Assembly: GCA_963816145.1 (NCBI GenBank)
Contig: CAWFJP010000023.1
Coordinates: 11,290 to 75,289, forward strand
Length of the DNA stretch: 64,000 nucleotides
Direction: 5' to 3'
Source of the DNA: an uncultured delta proteobacterium
GTDB taxonomy: Bacteria; Desulfobacterota; Binatia; UBA9968
Shown: piece by piece, positions 9,165 to 19,923 of the stretch
How positions within the stretch are numbered: the stretch's first letter is position 1
Layout of the letters: every line of letters begins with the position of its first letter
Translations under genes and position numbers: made by a program
The notes under the pieces: generated by a model
Seen by the model: the letters and a program-made list of their open reading frames with translations, nothing else
Told to the model about the DNA's origin: nothing
The model's database searches: none

Positions 9165-9488
9165 AGGGCCGAGAAGCAAACAAGCGTGCCGCCTCACCAT
9201 GCTAAGATCGTCAAGAAAACGCTTCTCACAGGAGTCAACCGACGTGAGCACAATGATGGCTACGGCCAGGAGTTCGATTCCGAGTGCCGAGAACTCGATG
9301 AGAGTACGGATAGATTCCATGACATCATTTCTCTAGAGGTGAGTGACGGGTTTAGCTAGCAATGGAATCTTGGAAAAAAGGCATGATGATTCGCGAATAT
9401 TTTAGTATTCCATTATTCCAGGACTGCGTCGCTGAAACCTCGATGGTTGCTCTGCCCTGCTGCTGGCGCAACCAACCCTCCGTCCGGA

Positions 9489-10667
9489 TCACAATAACAG
9501 AGCAACGATCCGATCAACCATTTCTTCCAAAGGGATTACGAAGAGGAGGAGCGGCAGCAGCGGAGCAGCCAATATAATCGTCAATGAAAAGACCTGCTCC
9601 TTGCCGAAAGGCGTCAGGCGCGTCTCCTTCGCGACGGTGAAGCTGTTTGCCAGATCCGCCAATGACTGGATATCACCGGTGCCCAGCAACCGGTCGCCAT
9701 CGGGGTTTCGGCCCTCGATCCATTTAGCGCGAAAGTCGCGAGTATAAACGCCGGCCACATCACCGTACTCCCGCAGCCCTCTTCGCTTCGCGTACGTCAG
9801 TTGAACACTAAAGTGAGCGGAACCAACACGAGGAGCAAAAGAAAAATTAGAATACCCGCAATCTCCAGTTTGAATTCCGGCAGGTGCGCCCCGGCGTGCC
9901 AGATGCGATTGGCAATTGCCCCCGAGAAAAAAACCGTGTGGGCCAGCAGCACAGGGGAAAAAGCAAACATGCTTCGGGCTAAAAAACCAAGCCCGCCGGC
10001 ATGATCCGGATGAAGCGTATTCAACCGCAGCGGCAGTCGCGCCACCTGCCACAAAAATCGGTACCAGATGAAAAGACGAAAGTACCGGCGCAAAACAATG
10101 AAGCGAAAGAGAGGCAGGCTGATGCAAGCGAACCAGTATCCGGCCGGCGTGAGATGCAGAGCGCCGTCGACCTCGGCGCCGTACCGCGTTGGCGCGTTGA
10201 GCGTCTGCGCTAGAGCCACCCAATGCCCCGCAAAAGCCAGGACGATCAGCAGGAGTTCCATGACAACCAAATTACGCAAGTTCAGCGCGGAGGTGACAAT
10301 TCTATTGAACCGGGGGCGGTCCTCGGCGGCGATGATCTCACGTTCGATGAACTGTCGGACGATGCCACGGCTCCATTCGTGAACGAACAGCTCCGCTGCG
10401 ATCAGAAGCGGCAATACCACCAGTAAGCGAACCTGAGCGTCGAGGGCGAAAAAAACGGCACTTGAACACGCTGACAAGATGTCCTTGCAAAGCCGTGAGC
10501 AACGTGAGCGGCAGCCAGGCGATGGCCGTAATGACGATGATCCGGCGATTCAAAAGTTCGAGTGCGGGCCCCGACAGCCGGGTGCGTAGACAAAATTGAA
10601 ACAGCGGCCCACCCAGCGCCAGGGAAAAATTCTCCGGCTCAGCGAAAATGTCGTTCTTGTTGGTCAT
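9489..10667 (-). pseudogene. Multi-TM membrane protein of unknown function, interrupted by two frameshifts
   Basis: Three consecutive minus-strand ORF pieces read through as one ~390-aa protein: 10667 to ~10450, 10477-9797, and ~9800-9489. The first junction lies in an A7 run at 10449-10455. The second lies at ~9800 (LTLVF / QLTYAKRRGLREYG). Confidence 0.6.
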
Positions 10668-10787
10668 AAAATTTTTGCTTGCTTATTCACGAGCCGCAAC
10701 AGAGCCGGGCGCGGATATCGGAGCCCCGGTGTCAGCTTGTTCGACGATGTTTACACGACGTCTCTAGACCTTAATTGAAGTCGGTCT

Positions 10788-11663
10788 CTATTTCGCAACC
10801 GGCCGGGCTACGTCCGCCGGATCGCGCAGCATTTTGCCCGTGACCAGCGCGAAAACCATATTCATTGGAATCGAGATACCGCTAAACGCCATGATCGGCG
10901 CGATTACTTCGGTGCCGGGAAAATAATAAAGCGCCACCGGAACACAAATTCCGAAATTGCGCATGGCCGTACTGATGGCGAGGACTTTTCGGTATCTGAT
11001 CTCCGGGCCTCCCAGTATCCAGCCGACGACCCAACAAAGAACGGTCAAGAGCACGATCGCAGCGATACCGTGGGCATCCAGGGCCTTGATCGCGGGCGTC
11101 TTGAACCTGCCGCTCAGCAGCGCCGCGGCGATGAAAATCACGATCGACAACAGGCCCAACCAGCGGCCCAGTTTCGGCGCGACTTCCGGAAATCGCTTTT
11201 GCAGAGCCCGCCCCACCAAGAGCGGCGCCACCACCAACAGCAAAAATAGCAGGACGATCCGGATAAACGGCCGGCCTTCTCCATCCGTCCTGGGAAAAAG
11301 CCAATCGGCCAATAGCGGCGTGATCAAGATCGCCAGGATCGTGAGAACGATCACCAGCGCAACCGCAAAAACGCGATCGCCTTTGGAGACGCGGGCAAAT
11401 TGCAAAGCGAACAGGCCGCCTGGCGAGATTGCCAGCATCATGATGCCGATTCTGATGTCGGGCGACAGGTTCAGCAGTCGGACGAGAATAAAGCCCAGGA
11501 TGGGAACGATGATCAGGTTTGCCAACAGTCCTCGACCCATCTTGCGCCGATCCTGGAGCATCGTCACGAGCTCGCCCCGCGTGGTCTCCAGCATGACCGA
11601 AACCATAAAGACCACGACAAAAATGAACATGACAACTTTGACGTAAAGAGGTGCATCTCCCAT
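10788..11663 (-). CDS. Bile acid:sodium symporter (BASS/SBF-like) family transporter
   Basis: 291 aa with ~9 TM helices. Start region VKVVMFIFVVVFMVSVMLETT...LLANLIIVPILGFILV and MLAISPGG are typical of SBF-like carriers (recalled, not searched). Confidence 0.55.
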   Translation of the reverse strand: MGDAPLYVKVVMFIFVVVFMVSVMLETTRGELVTMLQDRRKMGRGLLANLIIVPILGFILVRLLNLSPDIRIGIMMLAISPGGLFALQFARVSKGDRVFAVALVIVLTILAILITPLLADWLFPRTDGEGRPFIRIVLLFLLLVVAPLLVGRALQKRFPEVAPKLGRWLGLLSIVIFIAAALLSGRFKTPAIKALDAHGIAAIVLLTVLCWVVGWILGGPEIRYRKVLAISTAMRNFGICVPVALYYFPGTEVIAPIMAFSGISIPMNMVFALVTGKMLRDPADVARPVAK

Positions 11664-11976
11664 AGGGATTCCTAAAGCCTACCAATCTCACTCGAACTGC
11701 TGGCCGCAGTCGATCGGCGACCCGCGTCAGCCGTTCGCCGTCACCTGCAATCGGGCTCAGCATACTAACCTAAAGGCGAAGCGGAGCCGTCTGTCGCAAT
11801 TCTTTTATGATCCGATCGTTCACGCTTCGCTCGACGCCGCTAGTCCTCACGTAATTTCAACGGCGATCAGTTGCTCGGCAACGCGATCGTTTCCAGTTGT
11901 TCCAGCCGCTTGAGCGCTTCGGCCATTTTTATCGTTTGATAGCCGATGCCCGCGGCGTGACTCACTTATGATCCGT

Positions 11977-13514
11977 CTAGCCGCCGCTCGACGCCGCCGT
12001 CATCTTCTCGATCACCTGGTCGAGGCTGAAGCTCGCCGACTTCTGCCGGGGCGGGAACTCCTTGAAGGTGCTCAGGAACTCGCCGACGAAGGCCTGCGCG
12101 GGCACGAGCAGGTAGACGCGCCGAAACATCCAGTCGTAATAGGTATTCGACGTGATCTGCGCTTTCTCGTACGGGTCCGTCCGCAGGTTGAAGATAAACG
12201 GCACGCGCAGAGTCACGAACGGTTCCTGCCAGATTTGGAACGTACCCGGAACGCGCTGCTCCATGAACATCATCTTCCAGTTGTCGTAACGCAGCGCCGC
12301 AACGTCGCCATCGTCGGTGAAGTAGAGGAAGGCTTGGCGTGGGCTCTTGGCTTCCTTGCCCGTGAGGTGTGGCAGCAGGTTGTAGCCATCGAGGTGGACC
12401 TTGTAGGTCTTCTTGCCAATCTTGTGGCCCTTCTTCAGCTTCGCCGCGATGTCAGGCTCGCCGGCCACCGCCAGGATGGTCGGGAACCAGTCCTGGTGGC
12501 TGATGATCTCGTTCGATACCGACCCGGCGGCAATCCTGCCGGGAAAGCGCACCATGCAGGGCACGCGATACGCGCCCTCCCAGCTCGAGTTCTTCTCGTT
12601 CCGGAAGGGCGTCGTGCCTGCATCCGGCCAGGTGTTCATATGCGGCCCATTGTCGGTGCTGTACTGCACGAACGTGTTGTCTGCGATGCCAAGCTCGTCC
12701 AGGAAGTCGAGCATCTCGCCGATGTGCTTGTCGTGGTCGATCATTACGTCGTGGTACTCAGATTGCCAGCGGCCGGATTGGCCACGGCTCTCCGGCTTCA
12801 CATGCGTCCACGCGTGCATGTGCGAGGTGTTGAACCAGACGAAGAACGGCTCGCCGGCGTCGTGGGCGGCCTGAATGAACTTCTTGGCGGCTGCGAGAAA
12901 CTCCTCGTCGCACGTCTCCATGCGCTTCTTGGTCAGGGGGCCGGTGTGAGAGGTCTGACGGTAGTCGAGGTAGACGAACACGGAGGCACGGCGCAGCGGC
13001 GACACCGTGTTGTTGGTCACACGCGACGTGAATACTTCGCCGTTCGGCACGAGCACCAGCCGGCCGTCGTAGGTCCGGATGTGCGTGACGCGAACCTCAA
13101 TCTGCTCGACCGTCCCCTCAGTCTCGCCAACGACGATCTGATCGCCGATCTCGAAGGTGTGCGTTAGGAGTATCAGCAATCCGCTGACGAAGTTCGAGAT
13201 GATGTCCTTTAGCGCAAAGCCCAGGGCGACGCCGCCGAGGCCCAGACCCGTGACAACGGCCTGCGCGTTGACACCCAGCACATCAAGAGCGACGAAGACA
13301 CCGACCGCCCACACCGTGTAGTACGACACCTGCAGGAGCAGGTTGCGCTGCGTCCGATTCTCGACGCATCCGGCACCGAACAGCGCGACTCGCCGCGCGA
13401 GCCTTGCCAACCCCAGAAAATCAGGAGCACGGTGATTGCTGCGGCGAACGCACGGCCGTGCGCGTGAAAATTCTCCATATGCTCCTTGGTGATATTATTA
13501 AATTGATCGTACAT
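11977..13514 (-). pseudogene. Chimeric relic: 5' part of a small MscS-type channel gene fused in-frame to the 3' two-thirds of an arylsulfatase gene
   Basis: Residues up to ...RRASVFVYLDYRQT form an MscS pore helix and beta-domain (GLGGVALGFALKDIISNFVSGLLILL). From GPLTKKRMETCDEE... the ORF is colinear with residues ~245-575 of the intact sulfatase at 24385-26112 (PFFVWFNTSHMH, STDNGPH, TPFRNEK). The catalytic N-terminal sulfatase part is absent. An additional frameshift at ~13402-13416 separates the first 36 codons (ORF 13209-13514). Confidence 0.6.
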
Positions 13515-13997
13515 TTTCTTTTTGAAGGCTTCGTTTAAATGCTGTCAAAGTACTTGATGATTACGCCGGCTACTTGTTCCCCAGTCGCAGTTCCATTCAA
13601 TTGTTGGCCTGCTTTAATCGCCTGCACCAACTTTTCGTTTACCCGAATGCCAAAACTGGCCAAGATAATTTTGTCACTAAGTGAGGAAACCGCGAGGCAA
13701 AAGCAGCAACCACGACTCCCCCCAAGAGGCCCCGGCAACGGTCGATTTTTCACGGGCATTTTGTGCTAATAGAACTTGGTGTAAGACTTCGACCTGCTCA
13801 TCTAACCAACAACGGCAGAGCCGGAGATGATTTGAGCTCGCCCTGACCGGGAAAATCGAAGAGCAACAACCTGTAATCCTCGAAAATAGCTTACCACGGG
13901 TCTCCATGCGGCATGGTTTGCTGAGCACGTTCCAAATCAGGCTCGATCCGGCCTGATAGGGATACTTCTCGAAATCGACGAAAAATTCCTTAGCTTA

Positions 13998-14060
13998 CCG
14001 ATCACTGATCACTCGCCAACGACAAGATCACCGATTACTATAATTTCCCCCTCGTCCCCC
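13998..14060 (+). repeat. Family-A tail fragment
   Basis: gcttaccgatcactgatcactcg...ccccctcgtccccc resembles the accgatca...ccctcgac tail seen at 19170-19215 and 20130-20176. Confidence 0.35.
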
Positions 14061-14061
14061 G

Positions 14062-16483
14062 CTACTTGTCTGTCAGCTTGCGCAGCCGGTCGGCATACTT
14101 CTTCGCCGCCGCGCTGTCACCGCGCGCTTGGTGGAAGCTAGCCAACGCCTGGACAATGTCGCGGTCGTTGGGATGGGCGAAATACGCCTTCTCCAGGCGC
14201 GCGATCGCCGCTTCGACCTTGCCCAATGAGTGCAGCGCCACAGCGTAGACATAAGCAAAGCGCGCGTTCGCCGGTTCAAGTATCGTGGCGCGCTCGAACT
14301 CACCGAGCGCTGTGTCGGTGCGTTTCATCCGCACCAGTGCCAGGCCGAGGCTATGGTGCAGCATGGCGCTGTTGGGCGCGCTCTTGAGTCCATCGCGCAG
14401 CACCCGCTCGCCTTCCGCATCGCGGCCTTGGGCACGGTAGAGGTCGGCAAGATTCGCGTATGCCGGAACAAAGCCGGGATCGTGAACGATCGCTGCTTTA
14501 ATTTCTTGTTCGGCCTTGGCCGCCTCACCGCGATTCGCATAGAAGGTTCCGAGATTGACCCGCGCTTCGCTCCGATCAGCATTATATCGTTGGCTGGCGA
14601 CATACTCGGCGCTGGCGCGCTCGAAAGCCGCGCGCTGCTCCGGGCTTAGTCGGTCGGCAGGGACAGACGCCAGCAAGCTCACCGCCTCGATGCGTAGCGC
14701 TTTCAATGGATCGGCGAGCAGCGGCGCCGCCAGCGATACGCGCGTGGCGAGCGGAACGTTGGCGAGCGACTGAAGCGCCGCGAGCCGGAGCAGCGGACTG
14801 CGATCGCGCGCGCCCGCGGCCACGGTTTCGAGCGCGCGTTGACTGTCTGCCGCATTCAATTGCGCCAACGCTGTGGCGCGGACGATGGCGGGATGGCTGG
14901 CATCGGCGGCGATCGCGAGCAGTTGCGCCGGAGCATCGAGCGCGCCCGCAGTCGCGGCCGAGAACGCCTCGCTGAAGCGTTGGAATCCTTGGGGCTCGCG
15001 GCCGTACCACGTCGTCACTTGCGCCGCCGCCCAGCGCGCATCGCGGTGAGTGTGACAGCCGTTGCACGGGTTGGGCGTGCCGAGCTTTACCGACAAATCA
15101 GGCCTTGGCACGCGCAAACTGTGATCGCGGCGCGGATCGACGACCATATAGGTGGCGCTCGGCATGTGGCACGCCACGCACGCTGCGCCGGCACTGGCTG
15201 GCTTGTGGTGGTGGTGCGCCGCCGTATCATACTTACTTGGCAAGTGGCAGGTGGCGCAAAGCGTATTGCCCTCCGTCCTCAATTTGCCGCTGTGCGGGTT
15301 ATGGCAGTCGCTGCAAGTGACGCCGTTGGCGTACATCTTACTCTGCAGAAATGAGCCCCAGTTATAAACCTCGCCGCGTTGCTGGCCGTCGGAATAGTAA
15401 AGCGGCGCGGTCAAGAACGCCGGGCGATAATAGTCGAGAAACGGCTTGCCCGCTGCGTAACCCTCTGCGATCTGGCCGCGCCGCGCGTGACATTGGGCGC
15501 AGACCTCGATTTCCTGGTCGGCTACGCGCGGCTTCGAACGCGCGGAATTGCCGGTTGTAGGATTGGGGGTCCAGACGATGCCGCGCCGTTCATCAAGGCT
15601 CGCGCTCAGACCCTTGGACAATTCCTCCCCCTTTGAAAAAGGGGGATTGAGGGGGATTTTAGCCCTGGATTCAAATTCCCCCTCGCCCCCCTTTTTCAAA
15701 GGGGGGATTTGCAATCGAGCCCATTCAAGATGGCGCGAGCCTGGTCCGTGGCAGGCCTCGCAACCGATGCTGATCTCGCTCCATTCAGTCTTGAATCGGT
15801 TGGCAACCGGATCGTAATTTTTTCGCAAGCCGGTTGAGTGGCAGTCGGCGCACATGAAGTTCCAGTTTTGCGCCGGACCGGTCCAGTGCAGTTCGTCGTC
15901 GTGAGTGATCCGCTCGTTGGGATACAGATGAAACCAGCGCTGGCCGCCGTCCTTTTTGGGACGTGCATCCCAAGCGCTTAACAGCGCCTGGATTCGCCCA
16001 TCGGGAAACTCGACCAAGTATTGTTGCAGCGGCGCGACGCCGAACGTGTACTTGATCTCATAATCGGTCAGCTTGCCGTCGCGGCCTTCGGTGTTGGCAA
16101 AAAACTTTCCATCGCGCTTGAAAAAAGTGGACGTGAGTCCGGCGTAGGTGAACTTGGCACTATTGAAATTACCCAGCACGCTTTGTTCGCTCGCCGGCGC
16201 CATGGCGTCGTGGTGTTGAGATTTTTGCCACTCACCGGCCTCCTTCTCGTGGCAGGAGACGCAAGCTTTACTGCCGACGTATTGCCCAGCGAGCGCCACA
16301 GTTCTTATCCTCGCCCTTTGGGAGAAGGTTCGGGTGACGGCTCTTGTCCGCGAAAAAGAAGTAGAGCAAAGCAGACGCGCCAAGTATGACGATCGCCAAG
16401 CCGCCCAAAAGCCAGTTGCGGCGGTTCCCTTTCTCCGGCTTAACCGGTTTGGCTTTTCGATCACGAGATTTTTTTTGCGCCAC
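14062..16483 (-). CDS. Octa-haem c-type cytochrome with C-terminal TPR repeats (N-terminal signal anchor out of frame)
   Basis: Eight CXXCH motifs (CVSCH, CADCH, CEACH, CAQCH, CSDCH, CATCH, CVACH, CNGCH), followed by ~300 aa of TPR-like repeats. ORF 16268-16483 encodes a plausible signal anchor (WLLGGLAIVILGASALLYFFF). It joins the 800-aa ORF only after removing one base near 16297-16310. A repeat element is inserted in-frame at 15624-15710. Confidence 0.8.
15624..15710. repeat. Family-C triple-hairpin element (CCCCCTTT..AAAGGGGG type) inserted inside the cytochrome CDS
   Basis: cctccccctttgaaaaaggggga-ttgagggggatttt...aaattccccctc-gcccccctttttcaaaggggggattt. 87 nt, equal to 29 codons, read in-frame as ...PPLKKGGEGEFESRAKIPLNPPFSKGE... 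Confidence 0.8.
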
Positions 16484-16678
16484 TTCGCTGCTCTTCGGTC
16501 GAGGAGTTTATCGAGCTAGACATTCCCTGATCAAAATTCTAAATGCATGCTCCATAAGGGACTTTGTTCGTTAGCTTGTACTATTTTTTTTCTTTTAATT
16601 AGAGTCTGAATAAGAATCGGCCAAGAGGAGTGAAAATGCGCTATTTCTCCGGCGCCGCGATCGCTCGCTTGCGACCGC

Positions 16679-17374
16679 TCAACTGTGCGGTTCGCGGTCT
16701 CGCTCCGGCGCTTGTGAAAGCCGCGCGCCCACCAACTGCGCCACGACGACGGCGATGTAGAATTGGCCGAACACCGCTTCGATGTTAGTCAATACGGTTG
16801 CCGGTGGCACGATCGGCACAACCGTGCCCGAACCAAGACTCGTCAACGAGCCCATGCTGACGTAATTCATGACCGCGATGCGCCCATGCCAGCTGTCGAG
16901 ATTCAGGCCAAACCCCTGGCCCAGGCTGAAGGAGCCAGGAACAAAAACTTCGACCAACATGTAGAGATTGGACCACGCGCCGGCCGCCAGCAGATAGCCG
17001 CACACCGCGCCCAGCACATCGTCGGAGCGGACCACGCGCTGCCGGAAAATATTTCGCAGCATAAAGATCGTCGCAAAGCCCAGCAGCAGAAGCAACGCAG
17101 TGTGATAGACCAACCGGAGCGGCGCTTCAGGATACGTCGGCGGCAAGACGTAGTGAGCTAAGGCGCTCGCAACCGCCACGGCGAAAGCAATGAATGCGAC
17201 CACGCGGTGCCCCTTACGTTCGAAGACGATCAGCAGCATCAGCATCTCTATCGCGGCAATGGCAAGATCCGAAGCCAAAGGCCCGAGCAGCCGCCGATGA
17301 CTAAAAGACTCGATAAGAGCGACAACGATTATCCCAACGAGCAGAATCGCGTGCTTATGGCTCTGAAGTTTCAC
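16679..17374 (-). CDS. Membrane protein with a potassium-channel-like pore module (degenerate filter)
   Basis: 231 aa. Four N-terminal TM helices, then TM-pore helix-TM with VSMGSLTSLGSGTVVP in the position of a TVGYG-type filter. Assignment is tentative. Confidence 0.45.
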   Translation of the reverse strand: MKLQSHKHAILLVGIIVVALIESFSHRRLLGPLASDLAIAAIEMLMLLIVFERKGHRVVAFIAFAVAVASALAHYVLPPTYPEAPLRLVYHTALLLLLGFATIFMLRNIFRQRVVRSDDVLGAVCGYLLAAGAWSNLYMLVEVFVPGSFSLGQGFGLNLDSWHGRIAVMNYVSMGSLTSLGSGTVVPIVPPATVLTNIEAVFGQFYIAVVVAQLVGARLSQAPERDREPHS

Positions 17375-17438
17375 CTGCTGTCCTCGATCGAGAAGATAAA
17401 ATCCGCAAACTGTCTTCCCCTCGTGTAGCCTCTCTTTG

Positions 17439-17795
17439 CTATCTCACCCGCTCCAGTCGGACTACACCGAACCACGCACGGGCGAGGAGGAACGTCATCC
17501 CCGCGTGGAGCGCCACCGCCGGCCACAATAGGCGCCCGACCGGTTGGCCGGCAAGCCCCAGGAAAGCGAGGTAGAGTGTCGTTAGCAAGTTGTACGCAAG
17601 CAGCGCGCGCAGAGCAGAATTGCGAACGCCGGCCGAATCGATACCCGGCCAGCAGGCCAACCCCAATGAGAGGAGAGCAAAACCAGCGACGCGGCCCACT
17701 ACGATCCCCGCGCCGGAAACGACTTCGCCGAGCAGCAGCCAGGAGACGAGAGAAGGATGAACGATCAAAACAAGGCCCGTCGCCGCTTCAAGCAC
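17439..17795 (-). CDS. Small hydrophobic membrane protein, unknown function
   Basis: 118 aa with 4 predicted TM helices. The GTG start lacks an RBS. An upstream ATG (MALNKLLASP...) is one base out of frame, so the N-terminus may also be frameshifted. Confidence 0.4.
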   Translation of the reverse strand: MLEAATGLVLIVHPSLVSWLLLGEVVSGAGIVVGRVAGFALLSLGLACWPGIDSAGVRNSALRALLAYNLLTTLYLAFLGLAGQPVGRLLWPAVALHAGMTFLLARAWFGVVRLERVR

Positions 17796-18359
17796 AGCGG
17801 CGACGCGAGCAATTTATTCAACGCCATTTCTCTTCGCTTTAGATTCGCATTTTTCGTATCTTGAACACAACGAATTCAGTTTGCAATCCGCGACCTGAAG
17901 CGGATACGTGATGTGAGTCACGGGATGCGAGTCGTATAAGCGACCTCAAGTCAAAGGTTGTAATTACCCGAAACCGTTGTCGGAAGCGAGTCGCGCGCGA
18001 CGCGATACGACATCCGAGATTGGAGAACGCGTGTCCCGAACTACGCGATCCGAATAGCCCCCGTCACTCGTGCCACGCCGCGGGCCATTCGTCAAACGCG
18101 ATGATGTGCTTTCGGCCGATTTTTTGCTGATGACTGAGAAGCACAGCACGCCGAAGTCAGAGCATTTTTTCATCAATAACTCTCAACTCCTGATGCGGCG
18201 CCTATCCTGACCACAGCGAAGGTTGCCTGCACAGAGCAATTTCGGAACTTCGAAACATGGGAAATTTTGAATCCCCTTTTCGTATTCGGGTTGAATTTAG
18301 AAACTGCCCGCTCACAAATTTGAGGGGGGCTTGACGCATCCGCCGCTTCCGCGTTACGT

Positions 18360-18599
18360 TTGGCCATGAGTTCATTGCTATCACGCATCACTATCGACCC
18401 CGAGATTTGCCACGGCAAGCCGTGCATTCGCGGCCTGCGGTATCCGGTCGAGTCCGTCCTCGAATATCTGGCCGCAGGCGATTCATTTGAGGATGTGCTT
18501 GCGGAGTTTCCCGACTTGGAACGCGAGGACTTGCTTGCCTGCCTTGAATTCGCCAAACGCTCGCTGCAGTTGAAGAGCCAACATCTCGTCCTGGCATGA
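18360..18599 (+). CDS. DUF433-family antitoxin-like protein
   Basis: 79 aa containing ITIDPEICHGKPCIRGLRYPVESVLEYLAAG, the DUF433 hallmark. Overlaps the next gene by 4 nt (ATGA). Confidence 0.8.
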   Translation: MAMSSLLSRITIDPEICHGKPCIRGLRYPVESVLEYLAAGDSFEDVLAEFPDLEREDLLACLEFAKRSLQLKSQHLVLA

Positions 18600-18949
18600 A
18601 GTTCCTGGTGGACGCGCACCTGCCGCCCGGCCTCTGCGCTCTCCTTCAGGCAGCCGGACACGACGCTATCCACACCCTCCATCTCCCGGCGCAGAACAAG
18701 ACCTCCGACCAGGTCATCAACGAATTTTCCGTGACGGAAACGCGCGTCGTCATCTCCAAGGACACGGACTTCTACTACTCGCATGTACTGCACGATCGTC
18801 CCTGGAAGCTCCTGCTCGTACGGACAGGCAACATCCGCACGCGCGACTTGAAGGAACTTTTTAAGCGCCAATTGCCGGCCATCTTGTACGCTCTGGAGAA
18901 TAACTCACTGGTCGAGTTGGACAGAGCCTCGGTTCAAATCGTGTCGTAA
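18596..18949 (+). CDS. DUF5615-family PIN-like putative toxin
   Basis: 117 aa. MKFLVDAHLPPGLCALLQAAGHDA...VISKDTDF is typical of the DUF5615 partner of DUF433. Confidence 0.8.
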   Translation: MKFLVDAHLPPGLCALLQAAGHDAIHTLHLPAQNKTSDQVINEFSVTETRVVISKDTDFYYSHVLHDRPWKLLLVRTGNIRTRDLKELFKRQLPAILYALENNSLVELDRASVQIVS

Positions 18950-18959
18950 GAACTGATTC

Positions 18960-19225
18960 ACACGAGTTAAACATGAAAAACTGCGGTTATTTGAAATCAA
19001 TCTCTGTTCTCTCCGTTGCCTCCTGTTGAGTTTTCTTCTCCCTCGACACTCGACCCTTTCTCACAGGAGATAACGGAGGAAACAGAGGTTAATTTAAATC
19101 ATCTCCGTTCTCTCCGTTGCCTCCTGTGTAAAATCAAATCTGAAACCTGACATCCGAATCCCAACCTCCTCGATCACTGTTCACCGATCATTCATCTTCT
19201 CCCTCGACACTCGACTCTCATCACT
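18960..19225 (+). repeat. Family-A composite: degenerate hairpin plus complete hairpin with long tail
   Basis: Right arms ctctgttctctccgttgcctcctgt (19002-19026) and ctccgttctctccgttgcctcctgtg (19103-19128). Left arm cacaggagataacggaggaaacagagg (19062-19088). The tail ends ccctcgacactcgactctcatcactc. Confidence 0.85.
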
Positions 19226-19337
19226 CCGCACCAGACACGGTGCACTCGACGGCGGCAATTCGCACAGCCGTAGCGCGGTCGTCGAAAGCGCGCTGATCAA
19301 GCTCGGCGCCTTGCGCCAAGATCGCCTCTTCGGTCGA

Positions 19338-19817
19338 TTACGACTTGGGCGGTGCTTCCTGCTCGTTGAACGAGTTCACCGTCCAGCGTCCGTCTTCGTT
19401 AGAGAGGCCCAGGGTAGCGACCACGCTGCCAACATCCGATGTGCGGGCGGTGACCCGGTAAGTAAACGTCGCCGAGTTCGCAGTCGGGTTAGTGTTCCCG
19501 GTGAGATCATAGTTGACCCGGGGCTCGGCCGCGCTTGAGTCCGGCGCCACGCCTTTGATCGCCTGCAACTGACTCTCCAGTTTCGTCTTCGCCGCGCCAC
19601 TGCATAGTTTCACCGCCTCGGCCATATTGGGGCGCGAGTAGTACAGCTCCATGAAGCGGTCGGCGACCTCCTGCGGTTTGGATTCCTTGGTACAACTGGT
19701 CGCCGCCAGCATGACTACGGCAAAAATCAACAAAGACCCGCGGAAGAGACGCGTGCCGCGACCATTTATGCGTGCGCTCAACGGTTGTTGGTGAGTTGTG
19801 GTTTTCTCGTCGTTCAT
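19338..19817 (-). CDS. Orphan lipoprotein
   Basis: The ATG at 19817 gives MNDEK...LLIFAVVMLAATSC (lipobox). The longer track ORF (to 19982) merely translates the upstream repeat. The gene is flanked by two ~160-bp direct repeat copies. Confidence 0.6.
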   Translation of the reverse strand: MNDEKTTTHQQPLSARINGRGTRLFRGSLLIFAVVMLAATSCTKESKPQEVADRFMELYYSRPNMAEAVKLCSGAAKTKLESQLQAIKGVAPDSSAAEPRVNYDLTGNTNPTANSATFTYRVTARTSDVGSVVATLGLSNEDGRWTVNSFNEQEAPPKS

Positions 19818-19923
19818 ATCCTTTCCTGTCCTTTCCTCTCTGTTGCTGTGGGGGTTAGAGTCGAGCGGGCGCGACCTGGCACTGCACAAGCACAAGCCCG
19901 CATACAAAATTCGAAAAGAGACG

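Noticed and set aside
9265-9290. GTTCGATTCC motif resembling a tRNA T-loop.
   Set aside because: The flanking bases cannot form a T-stem or an acceptor stem, and no cloverleaf can be drawn.
9120-9320. 66-aa minus-strand ORF whose N-terminus (MESIRTLIEFSALGIELLAVAIIVLTSV) vaguely recalls DUF1622 membrane proteins.
   Set aside because: It is too short and loses similarity after ~30 residues. It overlaps the operator palindrome. At best it is a gene remnant, and I cannot support a call.
11968-13167. Long plus-strand ORFs antisense to good minus-strand genes: 11968-13167 (399 aa), 20137-21012, 24649-25392, 27663-28367, 32589-33584, 43590-44462, 58798-59607.
   Set aside because: Their Arg/Ala/Gly/His-rich composition with no motifs is typical of open antisense frames in GC-rich DNA. 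In each case the opposite strand encodes a protein with recognisable family motifs.
13520-14060. 540-bp stretch with only weak ORFs (13535-13759, 13677-13928). I considered a degraded antitoxin, a transposase remnant or an ncRNA.
   Set aside because: I found no convincing motif in any frame and no stable conserved structure. Only a partial family-A tail at 13998-14060 is recognisable.
17796-18359. 560-bp non-coding gap before the DUF433 gene, inspected for tmRNA, SRP, RNase P or 6S-like features.
   Set aside because: No diagnostic motifs were seen, only short local palindromes such as gagtcgcgcgcgac. A covariance-model scan would be needed to make any claim.
18173-18871. 232-aa minus-strand ORF overlapping the DUF433/DUF5615 pair.
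   Set aside because: It is antisense to two genes with clear family signatures and a 4-nt coupled overlap. It has no motif and a low-complexity Ser/Arg composition.
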